A stretch of DNA of 64,000 nucleotides from Rhina ancylostomus (Eukaryota), in NCBI GenBank assembly GCA_030265395.1, contig JARFYF010000064.1, positions 19,200,531-19,264,530 of the forward strand, in the 5' to 3' direction. Shown here piece after piece: positions 27,290 to 39,755 of the stretch. Every line of letters starts with the position of its first letter. The first letter of the stretch is position 1. The notes under the pieces are model-generated. The model made no database searches. It had not been told where the DNA came from and saw only the letters and a program-made list of their open reading frames with translations. Position numbers and translations under genes: made by a program.

Positions 27290-28940
27290 CAGCCTCTGGA
27301 GACCAGCCCCCTCCCCCACCATCCCAGAAGCCAGTCTTCAACCATTTTGAAGCAATTTACGTGATATCAAAAAATGGTTGAGAGCACTGGGTGCAGCAAA
27401 GATAATGGGACAAGATGAAACCTGAGCCTCATTGCTGAAGACTTGCACTCTAGAACTCGCTGCCTCGAACCAAACTAATTCAGTACAGTTACAACAATGC
27501 ATTTATTTGACAATTATCCAGGCATGCTCTGCAATTAAATCCAATAGGACTAATTACCAACTAAAGTCTATTTTCAATCATCGGCAAAGTAATGGAAGAT
27601 GCCATCAACAGTGCTATTAAAGCACTTATTCACAAATAAGCTACTCTCTGATGCTCAGTTTAGCATCTTTCAGGACCAATTTGCTCCAGATTTTATTACC
27701 ATTTTGGTTCAACTGTGGCAAAAGGCAAGGCAAAAGTGACTGCTCTTGGTATCAAGGCAGAATCCGATGAGTACGGCATTAAGGAATCATGGAAAAGGTG
27801 GTCCATGGGGATCAAAGGGAAAAGCACTCCTCTGGCAGGAGTCGTACCTTGTACAAAGGAAGATTGATGTGGTTGTTGGAGGTGAATCATTTCAGCCTCA
27901 GTGCNNNNNNNNNNNNNNNNNNNNNNNNNNNNNNNNNNNNNNNNNNNNNNNNNNNNNNNNNNNNNNNNNNNNNNNNNNNNNNNNNNNNNNNNNNNNNNNN
28001 NNNNNNNNNNNNNNNNNNNNNNNNNNNNNNNNNNNNNNNNNNNNNNNNNNNNNNATGTGCATCAAGCAGAACATATGGGCTGATAAATGGCAAGCAACAC
28101 TAATGCCACATATGCTTGACAATGACTATCTCCAACATGCGAGTCTGGGTTTATCTTGGCATTCACAATCCATCAACAAGCACATTATGGTAACTGCAAA
28201 TTCTGTAATCTGTTGAAGGGCCTTGATCCAAAATGCCAACCATCCCTTTGCCTCCACTGATGTTGCCTGACACCACCCCCACCAACCCCCAAGTTCCTCC
28301 AGCACTTTGTTTTGTTTGTGGGGATAACCACCGACCAGAAACTAAACTGGACTGCTACATAAATACTGTGGCTATACAAGGTTGGAGGCCAGGTATCCTA
28401 TGGTATAACTCAACTCCTGATTCCCAGGATCTATCCACCATTTAATAAGGCTCAAACCTTTATTATATACAAGTCACAAGTCAGGAATATGATGAACTAT
28501 TCTCCAACTACAACAACACTTGATATCATTCAGGACAAAGCAACCGCTTGAGTTAACATCCCATCCACCATCTTAAATATTCACTCCTATATACTCTGTG
28601 CACTTTGACTCCAACGTGCACAACTTGCAAAATGCCTGAAGGTTAATTATCATGGCTATTCGGGAAGAACCTCCCAAATTCACAACCCCTGCATCAAGGT
28701 AAAGGACAATCTAGATGTGGGAATGCCATTACCTGCAGCTCCCCCTCTGCAGCTAAATCATCCTAACTTGGGAAAATAACATTGTTCTTTTATTGCTGTT
28801 GGGTTTATCCTGAATCTCCTTGCTTAACAGCACTGTGGGGCTACCTTCACAAGATGCGCTGCCGTTGTCCAAGATGGTAGCTCACCATCATCTTTTCAGT
28901 GGTAATTAGGGCTAGGAAAAATGCTGTCCTGCATCACAAT
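27290..28940 (+). mobile_element. Old CR1/L2-group LINE remnant
   Basis: gtgactgctcttggtatcaaggcag (VTALxIKA RT motif), atgggctgataaatggcaagcaaca (WADKWQ) and the 3' tail ctcaccatcatcttttcagtggtaattagggctagg. Confidence 0.7.
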
Positions 28941-29246
28941 AATTAATAAAAGGAACAATAGGCTTAGTACATAATAGCCAGTCATTCATATGCAAATCTG
29001 CTGTTACTGAACATGGTTCCCACTGTTGGGCACAATAATACACAAAGAGAGAACAGATTGTTGAAGACTTTTCACATTCTGACAGGTTGTCTTATTTTAG
29101 TGTGCATTGCTGTTCTTATTTTGAAATAACAAAAAGGTGTGATAATTACCATTTATAAAAAATAAATTTTTTTTAGCTCTGCTATTCAGAAATTAGGTAA
29201 ATTTTGTACAGGCTTCAAGAAAATCTTGTTGATTTTTATTGCCTAC

Positions 29247-29339
29247 CTGAGTACAAACAGCAGGTAGTCGTAGTGCTAGTTGAGTCATCTCTGGCAAAAG
29301 GGACTGTAGAAGATGCTGCGTTTCGACATCATTTAAATC
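29247..29339 (-). CDS. PARG: PARG internal coding exon (about exon 8), DLNDVETQHLLQSLLPEMTQLALRLPAVCTQ
   Basis: ttttgttttag|GATTTAAAT...TGTACTCAG|gtaggc; 93 nt, phase 0/0. Aligns to human [31 protein letters not shown]. Confidence 0.94.
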
Positions 29340-30169
29340 CTAAAACAAAAATGACGTGTTATCAATATTGCAGTAATTGAACAGTGTTGCAACACTGCAA
29401 GTATTGCCACACAAACTGTTAAAAGGGATTTTTAAAATTAAAAGCCTGTTCACATGTATCACACAGTTCATTACACAATAAACTGTTAGTAAAATTACTG
29501 CCACAGAATTACATCAATACTCCATGGTCTAATTTATGAATTAAAGAAAGTGATTGGGTAGGTAACTATTTAAAATTTTTAAAAAATCATCTTCATTAAA
29601 ACCTGGTTTCATAAAACCATTGGTGATGTTTATTCAGACTCACTTCAGTTTCAAATTAAAAGTTTTCAATGCAATGATGAATTTAAACAGTCATTTCTAA
29701 ACACTTGTGTTAAAATGTTTCTAAGATCAAAATTAAAAAGCAGGTTTGCAGGAATCACAATAGTGCTTATGAAATGAGTAGATCCATTAGACAGGATTTT
29801 GCTTCAATAATAATAGCAAGGCTGTCAGTACTGGATATTATTACAAGGTACATCTGACAGCAACATCTGGTGTCCGCACATGCGCCGTTAAACACAGAGA
29901 TCCAATAGTTGTTGTCAAAGATGTGTTTTCCAGTCTTTGTTAAAAGATGTGCCACTGAAATCATTTCAGAGACAGACTCTTCCATTAAACCTCCACTTAA
30001 ATCAGCAACAAAGGAGATTAGGATTGCTTAATGGTGCAATGTGTTAAACAGACGTTATGGCCTGACAAAATAATTTTGTAAATATGGACTCTAATTTCCA
30101 CAAAAGAAAAATAATCTGTAAAAATTATTAACATTCTGCTGTAGGTTAGCCATCTGTAATATTACCTCA

Positions 30170-30595
30170 GCCTTTTTTCTTCTCCACTGATGCTGTCTGA
30201 CTTGCTGGGCATTTCCTGCAGCTCTGACCTGCACCTCAGTTTTTACATGTTCCTCTTGTTTTTATTCCTCTCTCCAACAGACTTCAATTATATATCAGCA
30301 TGGCAATCTTGGCCTCACAGACATATTTTGTGTTATCAATCTCTCGCCCCATCCTCTCTGCAACTTAAAACTACCATGTTTTCTTTCTTTCTTTCCCAGT
30401 TCCGATAAAGGGTCTTTGGTCTGAAACATTTAACTTTCTCTTTCCACAAATGCTACCTGATCTGCTGTGTTTCTCCAGCAATTTTTGTTTTTATTTCAAA
30501 TCTACAACATCCAGCATGCCAGGGCAAAATGCACTGGATACCAGCAGATTGTTTGTTGCTCCAGATTCCAGCATCTGCAGCCTCTTGTGTCTCCA
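30170..30595 (+). mobile_element. Tandem Penelope-like terminal repeat fragments
   Basis: Repeated tgctg(t/c)ctga(c/t)ctgctg...tccagca motifs and cagttccgataaagggtctttggtctgaaacatt. Confidence 0.7.
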
Positions 30596-33500
30596 GGCTT
30601 CAAACCAAGATTAGTTAGCCAAGAGATACTGTACTTTCAGCTGGAGGAATGAGTTACACAAGCCAGCCTGCAATACACCAACCACATCAAATGTAGAGTC
30701 AAATCCTGAATACTAAGACAATTCATCACGACTTAGTCCAGCCCTCCAAATACTCTGACACAAAGAACAGAGAGCAGAATTATATCATAAAACGACAAGA
30801 AAATCCATTACCTCAAAAACCAGGAGACAGAAAAAGAAAATAAACAATTGGAGTTAGGACAGACAGAAGAGATTTATTTGTACAGAATAAATAAGGAAGA
30901 AAATATTCTAATCTTTCTTTTATGAACTCTACCTATCAGCATTGTGGAAACATGAAACTCTCAAGGCCAGACGACAGTGCAACTGATCTCCCAGTCTGTG
31001 CTGGACTCAGCACCATATACTATCAGGTATTAAGTTGGAGGGACAAATATACTTTATATATTGCCCTCTTTATGCCAGCCACAGCTAGTGCATTTAGCAT
31101 GGCCACCATTATGTTGAATATGGTTTTAAATTCTTTTAAATATGAGATGCTACAATAAAAATCAAATAAAGTCATTGAAAAGCAAGTAATAAAAGCCTAA
31201 TCACTTACTTTTCTCTCTGGAGCTGCTACCTTGCAGGTATGTGAATGGGGCTGTTGTGTTTGCCCCAGGTTTACCTCAGCATAGGCTCAGCAGCAGATTG
31301 CCCAGCCTGAGAACTTGGAAATCAATGGAAGGCTGGGCTGCCTTATGGAGAAACCTGGACAAGTGTCAGAAGTAATGCTGATGTTTGGGTAGATGGTGGA
31401 TCCCTATACAGCTGGCAAATCATCCAGTTCTTTCAATACTATTATCCTCCCCAGTGATTTCAGTCAATATCTTGTCATTTTTTTTCCAGTTATTAGTACC
31501 GGACAATTTTAAATCAAGGAAATGAAGTTCTACATAACCACAGCTTTACAACCATGACATTTGGACCATTTAAATACTGACAACTCCTGAGAAAAACCAT
31601 AGAGAAAAGACAATCAGCCTTCAGCTTGTGACCAAAGGGTGCAGCCTTTTTATTGTCCAATTGATTTCTGGCACCTGTCAGCAGCTTCTATATACTGTAC
31701 AGCTCTACTATCCGGAATAATCAATTGTCCTTTGAATACTAAAATTTCCCTACTTTATAATGCAACTCTGGAATGCAGAAAACAGCAACAGACTCATCCG
31801 ATCTTGATATTCAAGTTTCATCAGGCAGAATGACAATTTCCAGTGGCAAAAGACAAAAGACTTTGCCTCACCCAAACTGAAAGATGCTCCATGTATTTTG
31901 CATATCAGTGTCATGCAGATACTGCTTTATATAAGGAAAATCACAGAGCTATATAAAAAGAATTCTTGTCATAAGCACTGGGTTACAATTAAAGAAAATA
32001 AAAACAAAGAGTGGCTCCTCCATATTAAATCCAAAACAAAAATATTCAGAAACCTGACCTGCACAAGTATTGATTTACAGAGATATTGGCTAGAACATGT
32101 CAGCACAATCAATCACTCCGTAATTTTATCATGGCTGGTTTGCAGGATGTTGATTAAATGGAGGCAATGCAAATGGCTTGATTTAGTTGGAGGTTGGCAA
32201 CTTCCTGGGCAGACAGCCTTGACTAGCAATTTAGTAAAGTGAACATTTATATTGCTACAAAGAGGCTTGACTAAATACTGTCATAACTAATGACTGCTTG
32301 TCACTGTAAAATTGTTCTACTGTGGGTAATGAATGAGTACCCCTGACGGGACGAGATGAGAAGGCGCTGAGGCAGCAGGCCTAGCAGGTTTAAATCAAAA
32401 CTTGACAATGCATCAAATCAAGTAAACCAAGATCTGTCACATGACCACAGGCATTTCCATACATCACTAAGGAGAAGCAGTAATCAAGTAAAAAGGCAGG
32501 TTTAATGCCCCTGTGTACATAAAGGTGGAGATTTACAGTATTTTATTTATCCACGCCAATAAGCTGACTTGCTTGATTTACTTTGACAGACCTTGACAAT
32601 AGGATGAATGAACTCTTTGAATTGCAATGTTCTAAACATTTCAAGTCAGATTTGTAATCAAGCATGCACCAAGTAAATGTTATTTCAAAGAACCAAGTCC
32701 ACTGAAAATAAACTTATCCATCAGGCTTTGACTTTGTTATCTCACAGACGGTAAATCCACATCTGCATTTCAGCTGAACCACCTCTTTCCTGTTGCTCAA
32801 GAGCAAGGCTGACAAGCGTATTTTTTAAAAAGTTATTATTCATCCTTCTCTGCTGAGAGCCAAAAGCATCAGTAAATAGACAGCGTTCCTTTGTTACAAC
32901 TCCCTAGACTGTTCTATATTTCAATGTCATCAAAACCAGAGACTGACGCTAGACTTTTTACTCAAAAGGTTAGGTTGCATTTTTAGAGAGAAAAAAAATT
33001 ATCGATTGCGATTTACATTTAAAAACAAGTAGTTACTGCTTTAAGGAATTTATTAACTATGAGTGGTTGGTATCATGCTGAGTGCTTTGACCGACACAAA
33101 AATTTATTTTTCAGTGCAAGCAATTTGATGCAAATTCCCAAAATTTCTGACTTTTATTTCCACAACACATAGAACTAGAAGGTTCACATCAAGCGGCACT
33201 TGAATTTTAGCTGCCATCACATAAAATAAAAATCTAGTATGGAAACTATACGCTGTGTATTTTGCTTATCAAATGATATAGTGCAGAGCACCTCAGAACG
33301 ATTTTTGTTGAACTACAAAATGACTATAATGGGAAGATTTCCCCTGCACATTTAGATTAGCAGAATTATAATTCCAGTTCACAGTGCTGAGTACACTGAA
33401 AATAATTCCCCAGTCTTTTAATGCTGATGATGATCAAGGCAAAACTGAGCTTGTCAAAGGTTTGAAAAGTTTGATGGCACAGTACAACCTTCCTTGGTCA

Positions 33501-33999
33501 AGCAAATCACAGGTAAGAAATAGCAGTGAACTGAACATTTATCACCCCCCAATTGCTTGTGGAAAGCAGGTAAAGTATGGCTTTAGTGCAGTAACACATG
33601 TGAAGAAATGGGGAATAACTGACAGTGGTCCTGATTTGGGGTCATCAGATCTCAAGTACAACTGCAGAACCAAAGTAAATTGTACAACTTCAGTGTCAAT
33701 ACCTGAAATCATTATGGGCTGGAACCTGCAGGGAAACATCAACAGTTCCATGCCAAACTGTTGACACTTTCTATGAATGTACTACCAAGGATTCCAATTC
33801 TGAACCTGCTGGATGCTCGATTGGATTTTGCTATCTGTATGTCAGCAATAACCTACCCGTATGAAGGTACTGCAAAGTAAGTTCCCCTCACTGCACAGTA
33901 ACAGACAAGATTCTGACAATGGTGATGGTGAATCTCCATGGTAGTTATGCACTTAGCACGAGGTCTGATTGAGTACAACTTCTATACCCTATATGGCTC

Positions 34000-34840
34000 A
34001 GCTTGAGCTTCCAACACAGTATAGTCTTTATCATAAAAGTTGTCAACCTATTATCACCAGGATACCTTTACCTATCTTTATCTTCACCTCAGTTCAACCA
34101 CAAAATCTTCAAAAACGCCCTACAGATTCTGGATCTCCCATCCTCCAAAATACTTCAGTTCATCCACAATCCTACAGCCAGTATTCAATCACACATCAAC
34201 TCTTACTAATCTACATAGGCCTCAGAACATCTCTGCTTCTTCATTGAGCAGTTCCCCTCCACCAATGCACTCATTCACCTGCCTGAACTCATTCTCACAT
34301 TGAACAACTTCTCCTTCAACTCAACTCACTTCCTCCAGATGAAAAGGTGTAGCTATGGCCACTCACATAGGTCCAAGCTCTGCCTGTCTGTTTGTGGAAT
34401 ATGTAGAACAGTCTTTGTCTCAGTCCTACCCAGGCCCACTCCCTCAACTCTTTTTCCCGGTACATCAATGACTGCATTGGTGCTGCCTTCTGCAAAACTC
34501 GATTTCATTGCTTTTGCTGCCTATTTCCACCCTGCCCTCACCTTTACATGGTCCTCTCTGACTCTTCCCTTTCTTTTCTGGATCTCGGTCTCCATCTCAG
34601 GAGATGGGCTAGCTACTAACACCCATTACAGGCTTATTGATTCCCAGAGCTATCTTGACTACTCTTCATCACACCCTGCCTCCTGTAAGGACTCTATTCC
34701 ATTTCCCAAGTTTCTCTGTCTCTGTCATATTTGCTCTGATGATGTACAGGTGCCTCTGAAATGCCCTTCTTTCTGAACCGTGACTTCCCCCTTATCATTA
34801 TCAACGAAGCCCTTGATAGCATCTCATCCATTTCCTGTGC
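34000..34840 (+). mobile_element. Penelope-like element reverse transcriptase fragment, frameshifted
   Basis: Across frames: LNNFSFNSTHFLQM / KGVAMATHIGPSSACLFVEYVEQ / RYINDCIGAA / SYLDYSSSHPASCKDSIPF, matching the PLE RT motifs G.AMG...P and RYIDD plus the thumb region. Confidence 0.88.
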
Positions 34841-35164
34841 CATTCAAAGAGAATGACATTGTGGGAATACCACCCAAAATCTGTTATGTGGTAGATATTT
34901 GATAGATGACCAAAAGATTTATTAGAACTAGAGTTTACATATACAGTTGAAGGAAAGCTCCTACATGACTAAACCAAGATGTTGAACAAATTGGAGGAAA
35001 ACTGTGGTGATGGTGGGAATACGATCACTGCAGTTTTTCTCCAATAGTTTAGTTTAGTCAAGCATCAATATTCCTTCAATACCACTAGGTGCCTAAAATT
35101 CCAGTTCCAATTAATCTTTTAGGAATCCATCTTCTATATAGGGTACAACAATCATAAGACTTAT

Positions 35165-35665
35165 GGCTATGTAGAGTCATGGAATACGGCATGGAAGCAA
35201 ACTGTTCGGCCCCACTCATCCACGTCAACCAAGGTGCCTTCCTGAGCTGGTATCATTTGCCTGCATTTGGCCCATACGCCCTCTAAACCATTTCTAGTCA
35301 TGTATCCGTCCAAATGTCTTTTAAATGTTGTAAATGCACCGGCCTCCACCACTTCCTCTGGTAGCTTGTTCCATATACCCACCACCTTCTTTGTGGAAAA
35401 ACCTGCCCCCCAGGTCCTCTCTCTCAACTTAAACTGATGCCCTCTTGCTTAAGACTCCCCTACACTGGGAAAAAGACTGTGACCATCCACCTTATCTGTG
35501 CCCCTCATGACTTTATAAATCTCTACAAGGTCACCTCTCAACCACCTTTGCACGAGGGAAAACAGTCCCAGCCTATCCAGTCTTTCCTTACAACTCAAGT
35601 CCTCCAGTACCGGCGACACCCTTGTGAATTTTTTCTGCACCTTCTCTAGCTCAATCACATCCTAT
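35165..35665 (-). mobile_element. CR1 LINE 3' end
   Basis: ORFs LEKVQKKFTR...ERLDRLGLFSLVQRWLRGDLVEIYKVMRG and VVGIWNKLPEEVVEAG..TFKRHLD. Confidence 0.92.
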
Positions 35666-36409
35666 ACCCATTAAAAGATGTTTGTGTCATGTGCAAGATA
35701 TTATTATTGAAATCTTCTAGGCTCTATTGCAGTCTCTCTTGACATTTCTTTTGTTTCTCTTTCTATATGCCCTTCTCTTTCCCTCTCAATATTGCTCCAA
35801 AGGTTTCCTTTGAACTAAGAACTCATGAAATCAGCTCTTAAATGACACCACGGTGCTACTCTTGAGCTTTTCCATTAACCTTAAACTCCCTGCAGAAAGA
35901 TAACACACGAATGAAACATCAAATGCCTTCATCGTTGGAAATATAGAAGTTGGCAAGTTAAAGTCCAGCACCTTACCATCACACTTCCAGTGATCCATTC
36001 TCGTGTTTTGTTTGCTAATTCCCCTTTGAATTTACTCATGAATCTGCATTCACCACCTTTTCACATCACACCTCAGATCATAAGCTACAGNNNNNNNNNN
36101 NNNNNNNNNNNNNNNNNNNNNNNNNNNNNNNNNNNNNNNNNNNNNNNNNNNNNNNNNNNNNNNNNNNNNNNNNNNNNNNNNNNNNNNNNNTTAAAAGAAA
36201 ACTCATATTCCTAATGGTTCTGTTCTCTATTACCTTAAGTCCCTTTATTATTGATCCTTCCCCTTTTAGAGATGGCCTCTGTGTAAACCTTCAAACATGT
36301 TTAAGCAGTTCTAAAACTATTGAAAGTTAAGGTTTCATGACATAATTGGGCTAATCCTGGGAAACAGACCAGCAAATCTCCCCTGCGTGCTCTCTAAAGC
36401 CTTAAGTTA

Positions 36410-36660
36410 TGCATACTGACACTTCAATAGAGTTCTATACTGTCCGAGGTACTGCATTTCATTTAGGATGTGAAATGGAAGTCGCACTTCATGAACAGAT
36501 GAATATTGAAGATCCCACTGGAATATTTATAGATGAACAACGGGTTCTAATAACGTCCTGGCCAACAATACTCTGAGCCAATATTACAATTACTTAATGC
36601 AAGTCATTCATTCACTCATGTATTACTGGTGCATCTTCAGTGACAATAAAGAGATGTGCA
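36410..36660 (+). mobile_element. Ancient DeuSINE (SacSINE1/AmnSINE1-like) relic
   Basis: ctgacact...actgtccgaggtactgcatttc...aagatcccactggaatattt...gaacaacgggttct...gtcctggccaaca follows the recalled Deu-domain order (actgtcggaggtgcc...aaagatcccatggcactattt...gtcctggccaa). Confidence 0.6.
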
Positions 36661-37037
36661 CACCTTTCTGAACAGGAGTAGAAACACATCAAAAGCACTT
36701 GTGTGCAAGACATTTCTGAATATGGATATTGATGGATGCCTTTTCTTAAAAATAAAACAATGGAACCCAAAAGAACTTTAAGAGGTTTGAAAACTTATTT
36801 TACTGTGACTAAATATTTCCCATCAAAGCCTTACCACTTACAAAAAAACAGGACATTAATTTGAGAGGGTGATGATTGCATTCAAATAGGAAATCACATA
36901 AACACTTGGGAATCAGAGAATGTTGTGAAAAATCCAAAAAAAACTGCAGCATCTTGAAATCTGAAATAAAAAGGAAAATCAGGGATTCATTCAGCAGATC
37001 AGACAGTATCTGTGGAAAAAAATGCTGTCTGACCTGT

Positions 37038-38150
37038 TAAGTGTTTTCAGTGGATGCAGTATATTTGGATTTCCAGAAGGCATTGGATAAGGTGACACAT
37101 AAAAAGGTTAGTGTACAAGAAGAGCATATGGGTTTGGGGGGTAATGTATTGACATGAGCAGGGAGTTGGCCAACTAACAGAGAGTATGAGAATGGGTCAT
37201 TTTTAGATTGGCAATTAATATCTAGCAAAGTGTCACAGGAATCAGTGCTGGGCCTCAATCTGTATTAATGACTTGAAGGGAACAAATGCATTGTAGCCAA
37301 ATTTGCAGATGATGCAAGGATGAATGGACCTGAAAGTTGTGAAGAGCACAAAAAAAGTGTCTTGTGCACAAAGGGATATAGATAGAGCAAAAAAATGGAC
37401 AAGTTAGCATGTGAGTATAATGTAGGAAAATGAGAGATTATCCACTTTGAATGCATGAAAAAATAAATTGACAATATGAAATGCCACAGTACAAAGAGAC
37501 CTGTGGATCCTAGCGCATGAAACACAAAATTAGCACATAGGTAGAGCAAGTAATTAGGAAGGGTAATGGAATGTCAGCCTTTATTGCAACAAGCATGGAT
37601 TGCAACAGCAGGGCTGTTTCGATGCAACTTCAGGGAGTAATGGTAAGACTACACCTGGAGTAATATGGTCTCCCTACTTGGGTAAGAATATACTTGCATT
37701 CAAGGTAGAAAAGGTTCATTAGGTTGATTACTGGGATGAAGGGATGAGCACATGAATGGAGGTTGAACAGGCTGGGGCTGTCTCACTGGAATTTAGTAGA
37801 ATGAGGTGAACATAATGAAACACACAAGAATTTAAGGGGGACAATGACAAGGTGGATGCTGAGAGGATAGTTAACACTAGGAGGCAAAGCTTCAAAAGGT
37901 GTCGTCCATTTACGACTTGGATTAGGAGGAATTTCTTCTCAGAGGGTCGCAATACTTTGAAATTCTCAATCTCGGAGAGCTGGAAGCAGAGACATTGAAG
38001 ATATCCTAGGCAGATATTTTGAACTATAAAAGGGAGTCAAGGTATATGGGAAAAGCATAGGAAAGTGGCATTGAGGGCATGTTCCCACTAGGTGGTGAGG
38101 TAGGCTTATGGGACCACTTGGCCTATACCTGCTCCTGTTTCTTACATTTA
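37038..38150 (+). mobile_element. Old CR1 LINE (RT to 3' tail)
   Basis: gtggatgcagtatatttggatttccagaaggcattggataagg translates to VDAVYLDFQKALDK; gccaaatttgcagatgat translates to AKFADD. Confidence 0.88.
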
Positions 38151-38271
38151 AAATTTAAACTTAATTGCGTGCAGGTAAATAATTTAAATCCCAATTCTAA
38201 AATGGCATGAACTTCTTTCATTTTTCTCCTCTGACTCCTCAGTCACTGTACAATATTCCCAAATGTTCCCA

Positions 38272-39200
38272 TACAAGACCACAAGACACAAGGAGCAGAA
38301 TTAGGCCACTCGGCCCAGAGTCTGCTCCACCATTTGATCATGGCTAATTTATTTTTCCCTCTCAACCCCATTCTCTTGCTTTCTTCCTGCAACCTTTGAT
38401 GTCCTTACTAATCAAGAACCTATCAACCTCTGCTTTAAATAAACCCAATGACTTGGCCTCCATGGCAGTCTATGGCAATGAATTCCACAGATTCACCACC
38501 CTCTGGCTAAAGAAATTCCTCCTCATCTCAGTTCTAGAGGGACGTCCTTCTATTCTGAGGCTGTGCCCTCTGGTCCTAGACTTTTCCACTGCCAGAAACA
38601 TCCTCTTCATGTCCACTCTATCCAGACCTTTCAATATTCAGTAGGTTTCAAGGAGATTCCCCCCTCATCCTTCTAAACTACAGTGAGTACAGGCCCAGAG
38701 CCATCAAACACTCCTTATACATTAACGGGATTATTTTTGTAAACCTCCTCTGGAACCTATCCAATGCCAGCACATCCTTCCTTAGATATGGGGTCCAAAA
38801 CTGCTCACAATACTCCAAATGTGGTCTGAACAACACCTTATAAAGCCTCAGAATTACATCTTTGCTTTTATATTCTAGTCCTCTCAAAATGAATGCTTAC
38901 CTTGCATTTGCCTTCCTTACTACCGACTCAACCTGCAAGTTAGCCTTTAGGGAATCCTGCACTAGGACTCCCAAGTCCCTTTGCACCTCCGATTTCTGAA
39001 TTCGCTCCATTCAGAAAATAGTCTAAGCCTTTATTCCAAAGTGCATGGCCATATACTTCCTTTCGCTGTGTTCCATCTGCCACTTCTTTTCCCACTCTCC
39101 CAACCTGTCCAAGTCCTTCTGTACACTCCGTTTCCTCAACACTACCTGCCCCTCCACCTATCTTTGTATCATCTGCAAACTTAGCCACAAAGCCATCAAT
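38272..39200 (-). mobile_element. Younger CR1 LINE 3' portion
   Basis: ORFs AKFADDTKIGG and RGLEYKSKDVILRLYKVLFRPHLEYCEQFWTPYLRKDVLALDRFQRRFTK. Confidence 0.93.
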
Positions 39201-39462
39201 TCAAGCAAGATATTACTGACCAATCACATGCTCACAAAACACTAGAGAATGACAAAACCAATTTTTTTTTAAGTTAGTTTGCTAATCCTGATCAAGATCC
39301 TGACCACTATTTTATTTCTAGCTTGCACCACATCAGCTAATATCAATCCAGGCAACATTTTGAGATTTTACAATTAATATCCTGATGAAAAGAGATGGTT
39401 GGAAGAGGCATGTCTTAAAAGATATCAGAATGCCAGTGAATTATGAGGTTCTTATATAATAG

Positions 39463-39755
39463 AGGCACGGTAGCGTAGCGGTTAATGTAATACTTGACAA
39501 TGCCAGCAGCCCGGTTTTGATTCTGGCCACTGTCTGCAAGGAGTTCATACGTTCTCCCTGTGTCTGCATGGGTTTCCTCCGGGTGCTCTGGTTTCCTCTG
39601 ACATTCCAAAGACGTACAGGTTAGGAAGTTGTGGGCATGCTATGTCAGCACCAGAAGTGTGGAACACTTGTGGGCTGCCCCCAGAACACTATGCAAAGGT
39701 GCATTTCACTGTGTTTCGATGTACATGTGACTAATACAGATATCTCATCTTATCT
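39463..39755 (+). mobile_element. Full-length V-SINE with Rex/L2-like tail
   Basis: ggcacggtagcgtagcggtta...gggtttcctccgggtgctctggtttcct...gtacatgtgactaata; paralog of 21505-21795. Confidence 0.9.
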
